A stretch of 19,616 bases of DNA, from positions 69,021-88,636 of the forward strand of contig JBMFKQ010000002.1 of assembly GCA_049972095.1 (NCBI GenBank), given 5' to 3'. Positions 1 through 7,554 of the stretch are shown here, piece after piece. This DNA comes from Elusimicrobiales bacterium (GTDB taxonomy: Bacteria; Elusimicrobiota; Elusimicrobia; Elusimicrobiales; UBA9959). The notes beneath the pieces were generated by a model that saw only the letters and a program-made list of their open reading frames with translations, was not told the origin of the DNA and ran no database searches. A program made the position numbers and the translations under genes. Position 1 is the first letter of the stretch. Every line of letters begins with the position of its first letter.

Positions 1-849
1 GTATCTGGCACAACTGGAAGTGGCGATCTTGTTTTTAGCACACAGCCAAGCTTTACCACGGGGATAACAGTGTCTGGGTGGGGGAATTTTTCTGGTGGCA
101 TAACAGCATCAAGCGGGACATTTACAACTGCAGTTGGAACACCGCGTATGAATCTAACAAGCAATGTTTACATATCATCAACCACATCTGCAAATTATGG
201 CGGTGTTTATGTCTCAACACATATATATCTTGTATCAGGAGCAAGATATTATGGAAATGGAAGTCAAATTACAAACATTGATGCCTCAAAAATAACAACA
301 GGAACACTTCCTCCTTCAAGAGGTGGAACTGGTATTTCTGGTGCAGGTGGGACAGCAAATAGGGTTCTTATTACAACCGATGGATCTTCCTGGACAGCAG
401 GCCAAATAAATCCAGCAACAATGATATCAGCAGGAGCGCTTCCAATAAATGTTATTGCATCATCAATAGCAGTCAATGCGGTTTATACTGGGGCGATATC
501 GGATGGTGCGGTTACGGATGCGAAAGTATCAGACAATATTTCTATCAATAATGGAAATTTATATTCAATATCAGGTTCTGGCAACGTCGGCATCGGGACG
601 ACAAATCCACAATATAAATTGGATGTGTACGGGGATCTTCGCGTTACCGGTATTATACGGGATTTCTGCATACCAGTTGCCTATCCCAACGGAACATGTC
701 CTTCGACCCACCCAAGAATGTCAGGATTTTTCCCTAATGATTCAGGTTATATTGACTTCTATGCAATGGACGCAGCGAGTTCATGGACCAGATACAGGTT
801 TTCTCTATTTTCGGGTGGAACTATAATATGCTGTAAGATATGGTACTAA
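1..849 (+). CDS. C-terminal part of a large repetitive surface/fibre-like protein (5' truncated by the window edge)
   Basis: Frame 1 is open from base 1 (VSGTTGSGDLVFSTQPSF...) to TAA at 847-849, so the GTG at 70 is probably internal. Gly/Ser/Thr-rich beta-repeat character with motifs ASKITTGTLP, AISDGAVTDAKV and GNVGIGTTNPQYKLDVYGD seen in fibre-like/surface proteins; short Cys-containing tip (CPSTHP...ICCK). Confidence 0.65.
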   Translation, partial: VSGTTGSGDLVFSTQPSFTTGITVSGWGNFSGGITASSGTFTTAVGTPRMNLTSNVYISSTTSANYGGVYVSTHIYLVSGARYYGNGSQITNIDASKITTGTLPPSRGGTGISGAGGTANRVLITTDGSSWTAGQINPATMISAGALPINVIASSIAVNAVYTGAISDGAVTDAKVSDNISINNGNLYSISGSGNVGIGTTNPQYKLDVYGDLRVTGIIRDFCIPVAYPNGTCPSTHPRMSGFFPNDSGYIDFYAMDAASSWTRYRFSLFSGGTIICCKIWY

Positions 850-855
850 AGGAGG
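850..855 (+). promoter_or_regulatory. Shine-Dalgarno site (AGGAGG) for the TTG start at 860
   Basis: Consensus AGGAGG immediately after the upstream stop and 4 nt before TTG. Confidence 0.7.
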
Positions 856-859
856 TTTT

Positions 860-1303
860 TTGAAAGATATTGTTTTAAGATATCCGGTGAGTTATGATAT
901 TGAGGTGATAAGATATGTCTCATATATGATGACATCTGATTTCTGGGTTTTTGTAAGTAAATCCGGAAATTTCTTTCAAATAAGGCTTACTCCAAAGAAA
1001 GATGGTGTATACGATCTAAGAAAAATTAAAAAAAGATTTGAAGATGAGTTAAAATACGAGATATTTAGAAAAAAACTCTTAGATAAAAATGCTGATTTCA
1101 GGTTTCACATAATAAAAAAGGCGATTACCTATACCCCACCCTCTCAAGAGGAACTTCCAGATGCTTTAACACCAGAGGAGCAAAAAGAGCTTGAAAGGCT
1201 TATAAAAGAGGCTGAGGAAGAGATAAAAAAAGAACTTCAAAAGGAGAAGGATGATGATATTAGAAAAACATGGGAAGAAAAATACGGCAAAAAAGTTAGA
1301 TAA
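860..1303 (+). CDS. hxsD: HxsD-like His-Xaa-Ser system accessory protein with acidic C-terminal extension
   Basis: RFEDELKYEIFRKKLLDKNADFRFHIIKKA resembles the HxsD C-terminal helix pattern (F.NEL....LR........IR..I...A). Lies directly upstream of hxsB; tail ends ...IRKTWEEKYGKK. Confidence 0.6.
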   Translation: MKDIVLRYPVSYDIEVIRYVSYMMTSDFWVFVSKSGNFFQIRLTPKKDGVYDLRKIKKRFEDELKYEIFRKKLLDKNADFRFHIIKKAITYTPPSQEELPDALTPEEQKELERLIKEAEEEIKKELQKEKDDDIRKTWEEKYGKKVR

Positions 1304-2720
1304 CACTCTCTTTGTAAGATGGAAAAAGATATCCAAAAACAAAGTTATAATGACAAATGATTTTGGAGGCTATATTATCCTTAAAGAAAAAGACCTCAAT
1401 GATTATATATCTAACAAAATAACTAAAAAACACAGACTTTACAAAGAGCTTTCAGAAAAGGGGTTTATAAAAACATTTATGGATTTTGACTCACTTTTCA
1501 GAAAGTGGAAAGACTTAAACTCATATCTTTTTACAGGCCCTTCACTTCATATAATTGTAATAACTCTTAGGTGCAATCAGAGATGCATTTACTGTCAAAG
1601 TCAAGCAGTTGGAATGAAAGATACAGACACTGATATGAATATTAACACAGCAAAAAAGGCTGTTGATACTGCTTTTTTATCACCTTCGAAAAACCTGATA
1701 ATAGAGTTTCAGGGTGGAGAGCCGCTTGTAAACTGGGATGTAGTTAAGAAAACAATAGAATATGCAAGGGAAAAAGAAAAAAAATCAGATAAGAGACTTT
1801 CACTATCGGTTGTCACAAATTTCTCGCTAATGGATGAAAAAAAGGCAGAGTTTCTTTTGAGAAATGAGATTTCACTCTGCACATCTCTTGATGGACCTAA
1901 GAGACTCCACGAGTCAAACAGGATATATTCAGGCTCAAGCTCTTATGAGCTTGCGGTTAAATGGATAAAATACTTTAACAATAAATATGAAAAACAGCAT
2001 GGACTTTCTTATAGGATATTCAAGCCATCAGCCCTTTTGACTGTTTCAAAAAAATCACTTGACTATCCTAAAGAGATAGTTGATGAATATGTTAAAAATG
2101 GCCTTGAAACCATTTTTATAAGACCACTTTCCCCAATAGGATTTGCCAAAAAACATTGGAATATTATAGGATATACTCCTGATGAGTTTGTAGATTTCTA
2201 CAAAAAAGCTCTTGAATACATAATAAAACTGAATATAAAAGGTAAAATACTTTACGAGAAAACAGCTCAGATGCTTTTAAACAAAATAATAAACTCAAAA
2301 GACCATGGATTTACTGATCTTAGATGTCCATGTGGTGCTGCAACAGGACAGATAGCATACAACTTCAACGGTGATGTCTACACCTGCGATGAGGGAAGGA
2401 TGGTGGGATGGGAAGGGGATGAATCGTTTAAAATAGGAAATCTTTTTAGTGATTCATACTCAAAACTTATAAACTCCCCAATAACAAGGATATGTATGCA
2501 TACATCAAACCTTGAAAATCAACCAAGATGCTCAAGATGTCCTTATATGCCGTGGTGTGGGGTTTGTCCTGTTGTTAACTACGAATCACAGTCTAACTTT
2601 TGGGGTGATAACTTTACATCATCAAGATGTGCTATAATGATGGGTATATTTGATACACTCTTTGAGTTTATGGAAAACAAAAGTTATTCCAAGGTTCTTA
2701 ACGACTGGGTAAAAATCTAA
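1251..2720 (+). CDS. hxsB: His-Xaa-Ser system radical SAM/SPASM maturase HxsB (copy 1)
   Basis: CNQRCIYC, IEFQGGEPL, CTSLDGP, FIRPLSPIGFA, DLRCPCGAATGQIAYNFNGDVYTCDEGRM and SPASM-type CSRCPYMPWCGVCP...RC. About 95 aa N-terminal extension; RBS aaggagaagg before ATG 1251. Confidence 0.85.
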   Translation: MMILEKHGKKNTAKKLDNTLFVRWKKISKNKVIMTNDFGGYIILKEKDLNDYISNKITKKHRLYKELSEKGFIKTFMDFDSLFRKWKDLNSYLFTGPSLHIIVITLRCNQRCIYCQSQAVGMKDTDTDMNINTAKKAVDTAFLSPSKNLIIEFQGGEPLVNWDVVKKTIEYAREKEKKSDKRLSLSVVTNFSLMDEKKAEFLLRNEISLCTSLDGPKRLHESNRIYSGSSSYELAVKWIKYFNNKYEKQHGLSYRIFKPSALLTVSKKSLDYPKEIVDEYVKNGLETIFIRPLSPIGFAKKHWNIIGYTPDEFVDFYKKALEYIIKLNIKGKILYEKTAQMLLNKIINSKDHGFTDLRCPCGAATGQIAYNFNGDVYTCDEGRMVGWEGDESFKIGNLFSDSYSKLINSPITRICMHTSNLENQPRCSRCPYMPWCGVCPVVNYESQSNFWGDNFTSSRCAIMMGIFDTLFEFMENKSYSKVLNDWVKI

Positions 2721-2734
2721 GGTGTGAGGTAAAG

Positions 2735-3013
2735 ATGAAGTATGAAATAGATCTTGACATATACTCGGCTGATGCTATAAAAATAGCAAAAAACATTATA
2801 GACAAAGAAGATCTCATAAAGATAAATATAAAAGATGAAAAGGCTGAGGCAATATTCGACGAAAAAAATATAACCTTATTTAATAATCTTATGAACGAAG
2901 CATTATCACAGCAATGCAGGATAGATACATCAAAGAAAAACTCAAAAGTAGCTGAGCTTTTGACAACTCTTGTTATACTTTCTGCCCTTGGAAAAGGAGG
3001 AGGCAAAAAATGA
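2735..3013 (+). CDS. hxsD: HxsD-like small protein (copy 2)
   Basis: 92 aa. N-terminal IDLDIYSADAIK and C-terminal FNNLMNEALSQQCR match the HxsD pattern; RBS gaggt upstream; follows hxsB. Confidence 0.65.
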   Translation: MKYEIDLDIYSADAIKIAKNIIDKEDLIKINIKDEKAEAIFDEKNITLFNNLMNEALSQQCRIDTSKKNSKVAELLTTLVILSALGKGGGKK

Positions 3014-4071
3014 AAAAATATATAGTGTTTGGTATAATAATCGTTGCAGCAGTTATTATTCTGCTACAGATTAAAAGCAGAAAAACTCCTATAATTCAAC
3101 AACCAGAAACACAAACTGAGGAGCTAAAAATAGGAAAAGAAATTCCAAAGGATTATACCACTCCACCACCTGTTTCTACTCCTCCACCATCCATTGAGCA
3201 AACTGTATCACCAGAGTATATGCAGATGACTGGATGCACAAAAACATTCGAAGACATAATTTCAGGCTGGGGTAAGGAATGGGGACCACCACCAAGGAAG
3301 ATAACATCCCCCATTCAACAACTAACATTATCCCCTCAGCAGACTAACAAAATAGTAGAGCTTCTAAAGGATTACCTTTTATGTGAGGCAATTGCCAATA
3401 AAGACCCATCAAAGTGTGATAGGTTTACACCGACAAAAGAAGAATGTACAAAGGTATATTATGAGTATCAGTTTAATGAGTTTTTTATAGGTGCAAATAA
3501 AAACGAAGCTGATTGTAAAAAATACCTAGAGATGGAGATACGTGATGAAAAGGAAAATCGGATACGTACAAGTGATTCCTGGCGTTTTTCATCTCTAAAT
3601 CTTAGCCCAGATAAAATTTGCTCCGAAATAAAAAATGATATAAGAGGGATATGTGATAGACTTTTCACAAACCCATCAGAAAGAAAAAAATGCTACACTG
3701 TTTTCCCTAAGAATATACTTGATGGGTGCCCAATGCCCAACAAAGAAGAATGCGTTAAAGCATATGAGAATATAAAAACTACAGGAAAATATGATTGCGA
3801 GTTTCTCGAAAAAGGCTCGGAAGAGTTATGTAAAATCAGAAAGATAGGAGGTGTTATATGTAGAGAAAAACTCAACAAACTTCTTTCGACATACTGCTCA
3901 TACCTTGCTGATCTTGAGGAAAAAAGGAAAAGAGAAGAAGAAAAGCTTAAACAAGCACAGGAGGAGGAAGAAAGAAAAAAGTTAGAGGGAGAGATAATAA
4001 AAAAGGCAAAGCAGGCTGCAGAGGAAGAAAAAAGATTTAGGAGGAAAAGAGGGGGTGGTGATGAAGAATAA
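3010..4071 (+). CDS. Membrane-anchored or secreted Cys-rich hypothetical protein with C-terminal charged coiled coil
   Basis: MKK plus hydrophobic stretch (YIVFGIIIVAAVIILL), Pro/Thr linker, 14 Cys, E/K/R-rich helical tail. ATGA overlap with the upstream gene. Confidence 0.75.
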   Translation: MKKYIVFGIIIVAAVIILLQIKSRKTPIIQQPETQTEELKIGKEIPKDYTTPPPVSTPPPSIEQTVSPEYMQMTGCTKTFEDIISGWGKEWGPPPRKITSPIQQLTLSPQQTNKIVELLKDYLLCEAIANKDPSKCDRFTPTKEECTKVYYEYQFNEFFIGANKNEADCKKYLEMEIRDEKENRIRTSDSWRFSSLNLSPDKICSEIKNDIRGICDRLFTNPSERKKCYTVFPKNILDGCPMPNKEECVKAYENIKTTGKYDCEFLEKGSEELCKIRKIGGVICREKLNKLLSTYCSYLADLEEKRKREEEKLKQAQEEEERKKLEGEIIKKAKQAAEEEKRFRRKRGGGDEE

Positions 4072-4396
4072 AAAAGCAAAAGAAAGCATAAAAAAATATC
4101 TAAAAAATTATCTAACAAGTGAAGAAGGAAAAATCCTTGATAGTGATGTTGTAAAAACTGCAATTGCCTTAGGGATTATTGGTGCATCACTTCCACAGGA
4201 AGCTGAGGCAGGTGTCTTTCATACAAATTACTTTACAGGAACACGGCATGTCTCCCATTCATCACATGGTTCTCACTCATCTCATGGAGCACATGGATCA
4301 CATTCATCTCATGGAGCTCATGGAGCACATTCATCTCATGGATCTCATGGATCTCATGGATCTCATGGATCTCATGCACGCGGTGGATGGTGCTGA
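4061..4396 (+). CDS. hxsA: His-Xaa-Ser repeat precursor peptide (HxsA-like), 111 aa
   Basis: ATG 4061 behind ggggtggtg is preferred over GTG 4055. Leader MKNKK...YLTSEEGKI...TAIALGIIGASLPQEAEA, then a core of 15 His-led triplets (11 HxS, 3 HGA, 1 HAR) and terminal GGWC; embedded among HxsB/C/D-like genes. Confidence 0.88.
   Translation: MKNKKAKESIKKYLKNYLTSEEGKILDSDVVKTAIALGIIGASLPQEAEAGVFHTNYFTGTRHVSHSSHGSHSSHGAHGSHSSHGAHGAHSSHGSHGSHGSHGSHARGGWC
4247..4381 (+). repeat. Coding 9-bp tandem repeat array (15 units) encoding the His triplets
   Basis: Units such as catggatct, cattcatct and catggagca. Four perfect catggatct copies at 4337-4372; 27-bp higher-order units starting at 4265, 4292 and 4319. 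Confidence 0.92.
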
Positions 4397-4461
4397 TGAC
4401 TAAAAAATAATAAAGAATTTACATAAATATATTAGACAAAAGTGAGTCATAAAAAGTAGAA

Positions 4462-5481
4462 GTGAAAATACTATCCACAATTGATGCCATAAAAAAGTTT
4501 GGTTGGCCATATACAAACCCAAAATCATGCGAGCTTACACTTCACTACTCCTGCAATGCAAAATGTATCTTTTGCTATACTGAGTATCCCCAAACACAAT
4601 TATCTTCCCTATCCATTGATTTAAAAAAAGCGGCACTTCATATGAAAAAATCCTATGAAAATGGCTCAAGACTATGCCAGATAATAGGAGGAGAGCCAAC
4701 AGTATATCCAGAGCTTGAAAAGATAGTATCAATTGCAAGAAAAATTGGATATCCCATAATTCAGATAGTGACAAATGGTATAAATCTTTCAGACTACAAA
4801 TTTGTCAATAAGCTAAAAAAAGCAGGGTTAAACTCAATAACCTTTTCCATCCACTCTCATAATCCTAAAACCCATGACAGAATAGTAGGTATTAAAGGGG
4901 CATTTTACAAAGTTTTAAAAGCCATAGAAAATGTCATAAAGGAAGAAATACACATAACTGTTGGAACAGCTGTAAACTTGCTAAACTTCAAGGATATACC
5001 TCATCTTGTAAAATACTTTCACAAAAAATATGCCATAGAAACATTTCACATAATAGGGCTCCATATAATAGGAGAGGTAAAAAAAAATAAAGAAAAACTT
5101 ACAGTTCCATACTCTACAACCCTTCCCTACATAAAGCAGGCAGTAGAATATCTTGCCTTGCATAATGCATTCCCACTATCTCCGATTCTTTCCAACTACA
5201 CTCCATGTCTTTTGCCGGGATATGAAGGGCTTATATCTGATTGGAAGATTCCATTCTCAGATGATGACCTTATACTACCTCAAAAAACTTATTACAACCA
5301 AATGTATACAATGATAACTCAAAATTTGAGAATTAAGACAAAAAGATGTGAAAAATGTATATATTCAAAAATATGCGCTGGTTTTGAAAAAAAATACTAT
5401 GAAGAGTTTGGAGACAAAGAATTTAAACCGCTAGATAAAATCCATAGCCCCCCAAAGATATCGTGCTTTTACAAAAGATGA
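4462..5481 (+). CDS. HxsC-like radical SAM protein
   Basis: LHYSCNAKCIFC, IIGGEPT, IVTNG, FSIHSH...HDRI, YTPCLL and C-terminal CEKCIYSKICAG...Y...FG..EFKP tail; GTG start. Confidence 0.82.
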   Translation: MKILSTIDAIKKFGWPYTNPKSCELTLHYSCNAKCIFCYTEYPQTQLSSLSIDLKKAALHMKKSYENGSRLCQIIGGEPTVYPELEKIVSIARKIGYPIIQIVTNGINLSDYKFVNKLKKAGLNSITFSIHSHNPKTHDRIVGIKGAFYKVLKAIENVIKEEIHITVGTAVNLLNFKDIPHLVKYFHKKYAIETFHIIGLHIIGEVKKNKEKLTVPYSTTLPYIKQAVEYLALHNAFPLSPILSNYTPCLLPGYEGLISDWKIPFSDDDLILPQKTYYNQMYTMITQNLRIKTKRCEKCIYSKICAGFEKKYYEEFGDKEFKPLDKIHSPPKISCFYKR

Positions 5482-6653
5482 AGGAAACTGAAAATCTCAA
5501 TACTCTGCCACATGACCATATAATATCAATAGGAAATATATGTAACAGCAACTGTCTTTACTGTGCAGCTAAAAATAAAAATGAGACAAAAAATCAGATT
5601 GATGAAGATACCTCATATAGAATAATAGACTTTATTCTCTCAAAATCACCCCAGTATATATATCTTGAGCTAACTGGTGGTGAGCCATTTCTCATAACAG
5701 AAAAACTTGAAAAAATGCTTAATTATTTTGAAAAAAAAACTAAAGAGAAAAAAATCAAAAAACATATATCAATTGTATCAAACCTAACAAAACTTACTGA
5801 TGATGACATAAAACTCATCCTTAAATACCGAATAACTATATGCACATCTCTTGATGGACCAAAAGAGCTTCACAATCTTCAAAGAGATGGAATTAAAGAT
5901 GCATACTCAAAACTCTCATCATCAATAAAAAAAATTCAATACTATGCTTCAAAAGGTATAATAGAACAACCCAATCTGATAACAACGATAACCAAATTCT
6001 CTCTTTCTTTTTATAGAGAGATAATAAATGAATATCTAAAGCATAACATCACAAGGGTTCAGCTGGGAATGATTGAGCCAATAGGAAAAGCCAATGAAAT
6101 ATGGGATAGGATAGGAATAACATCAGAGGAATACATAGAATTTTATGAAAAAGCATTTGATGAGATAATCAGAATAAACCATGACAGAGAAATACCAATA
6201 TATGAAAAAGGTTTCTTTCTACTCTTAAAGACTATGAAACTAAAAAAATACCATCCTAAAAGAAGCATTCCAATCTTAAACAGACTTTCTTATGATCACA
6301 ATGGAAACATATACCCTGATGATGAGTCAAGAATGCTTTGTGAGGATGGAAAAAAGGATTTCAAATTGGCAGATGTATCTATGTCTGTAAAGAGATTTTT
6401 AAACTCTGAAAATGTAAAAGAGATTCTCAAATACTCAACAACAAACAAATATGATCAAAACTGTAAAATGTGTGCTTATTCTAACTACTGCCATATCCCA
6501 ATATGGCACAGATATCTTTACTCAGATATATCATCTCCCTCAAAAACACCAAAGTGCAAGATATTTAAATTTATCTTTGATCTTATAAACCAGTCTCAAA
6601 AAGACAGATTATTAAGTAAGATAATGAAAAGATGGCTTGAGATTTATGAATAA
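5478..6653 (+). CDS. Divergent HxsB-like radical SAM protein lacking the N-terminal extension
   Basis: ATG 5478 forms an ATGA overlap with the upstream stop. CNSNCLYC, LELTGGEPF, CTSLDGPKELHN, YDHNGNIYPDDESRML, CKMCAYSNYC...KC. Confidence 0.8.
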   Translation: MKETENLNTLPHDHIISIGNICNSNCLYCAAKNKNETKNQIDEDTSYRIIDFILSKSPQYIYLELTGGEPFLITEKLEKMLNYFEKKTKEKKIKKHISIVSNLTKLTDDDIKLILKYRITICTSLDGPKELHNLQRDGIKDAYSKLSSSIKKIQYYASKGIIEQPNLITTITKFSLSFYREIINEYLKHNITRVQLGMIEPIGKANEIWDRIGITSEEYIEFYEKAFDEIIRINHDREIPIYEKGFFLLLKTMKLKKYHPKRSIPILNRLSYDHNGNIYPDDESRMLCEDGKKDFKLADVSMSVKRFLNSENVKEILKYSTTNKYDQNCKMCAYSNYCHIPIWHRYLYSDISSPSKTPKCKIFKFIFDLINQSQKDRLLSKIMKRWLEIYE

Positions 6654-7554
6654 AAAACTTGATATAAAAATAACATTCAACTGCAACAATAGATGCGATT
6701 TCTGTGCACAAGGCTCAAAAAGGGAATATATAAAACCAAAGTCTTTTGAGGAGATAAAAAAAGCACTTTATGATGGCATAAAATCAGATGCAGGAACAGT
6801 AGTTCTTACGGGGGGAGAGCCAACCCTACATCCCGAGATAGTAAGAATTGTGAAAGAGGCAAAAAAAGCAGGTTATACAAGGATACAGCTCCAGACAAAT
6901 GGAAGAACACTTTGTAATGAAAGATTTCTAAAAGAATTGGTTTCAGCTGGTGTAAATGAGATAAGTCCAGCAATCCATGGGCCAAATTCACAAATTCATG
7001 ATATGCTAACACACTCACCTCAAAGCTTCAATCAAACCATTACTGGAATAAAAAATGCCAGAAAACTTGGAATATATGTTTTAACAAATACAGTAGTAAA
7101 TTCAGTTAATTATAAATATCTTCCGGAAATAGCAAAACTTCTTGTCTATTTAAATGTAAATCAGTTTCAATTCGCCTTTATACACATAGTAGGAAGGGGA
7201 TGGGAAAACAGAAACTGGATTGTTCCAAAAAAAACAGATGTTATGCCATACATATATAAAGGGCTTGAGATAGGAAGATCTGCAAAAACTCCATGCTACA
7301 CTGAGGCAATACCATACTGCATGATGCAGGGATATGAAGAGCATGTGGCTGAAAGAATAATACCGGATGGTCCTGTTGTTGACGCTGATGTATTTGTTGA
7401 AAACTTTGGAGAATACAGAAGAATAGAAGCAAAAGTCAAAGGCCCTCAATGTAAGGAGTGTTTTTATTACAATATCTGTGAAGGCCCGTGGAAGGAATAT
7501 CCTGAGATATACGGCTGGAGTGAGTTCAAACCTGTAATTAAAAAAAGAAAATGA
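6646..7554 (+). CDS. HxsC-like radical SAM protein
   Basis: ATG 6646 (MNKKLDIK) preferred over TTG 6637. CNNRCDFC, LTGGEPT, LQTNGR, IHG...HD.LT, IPYC, CKECFYYNICEGPWKEY...YGWSEFKP. Confidence 0.85.
   Translation: MNKKLDIKITFNCNNRCDFCAQGSKREYIKPKSFEEIKKALYDGIKSDAGTVVLTGGEPTLHPEIVRIVKEAKKAGYTRIQLQTNGRTLCNERFLKELVSAGVNEISPAIHGPNSQIHDMLTHSPQSFNQTITGIKNARKLGIYVLTNTVVNSVNYKYLPEIAKLLVYLNVNQFQFAFIHIVGRGWENRNWIVPKKTDVMPYIYKGLEIGRSAKTPCYTEAIPYCMMQGYEEHVAERIIPDGPVVDADVFVENFGEYRRIEAKVKGPQCKECFYYNICEGPWKEYPEIYGWSEFKPVIKKRK

Noticed and set aside
1..849. Prophage tail fibre indicating a prophage
   Set aside because: No other phage genes in the window; such motifs also occur in cellular surface proteins.
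3693..4163. 156-aa minus-strand Phe/Leu/Ser-rich ORF, and other short antisense or nested ORFs in the track
   Set aside because: Antisense shadows of Lys/Glu-rich or otherwise well-supported genes, with no recognisable motifs.
4247..4381. Repeat array as CRISPR or a non-coding VNTR
   Set aside because: No spacers; 9-bp in-frame units with synonymous variation indicate a coding repeat.
4179..4403. 74-aa alternate-frame ORF with MDL/MEH repeats
   Set aside because: Frame-shifted shadow of the 9-bp repeat; the HxS frame fits the gene context.
4391..4426. TGC-TGA-TGA at the precursor end as possible selenocysteine read-through (GGWC-U-U-LKNNKEFT)
   Set aside because: The downstream sequence is A-rich with no SECIS-like hairpin, and TGA is an ordinary stop in several neighbouring genes. 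A tandem stop is the simpler reading.
4396..4450. atgact...agtcat inverted repeat after the precursor as a terminator or RNA-stabilising stem
   Set aside because: Only about 6 bp with a long loop and no U-tract; expected by chance in AT-rich DNA.
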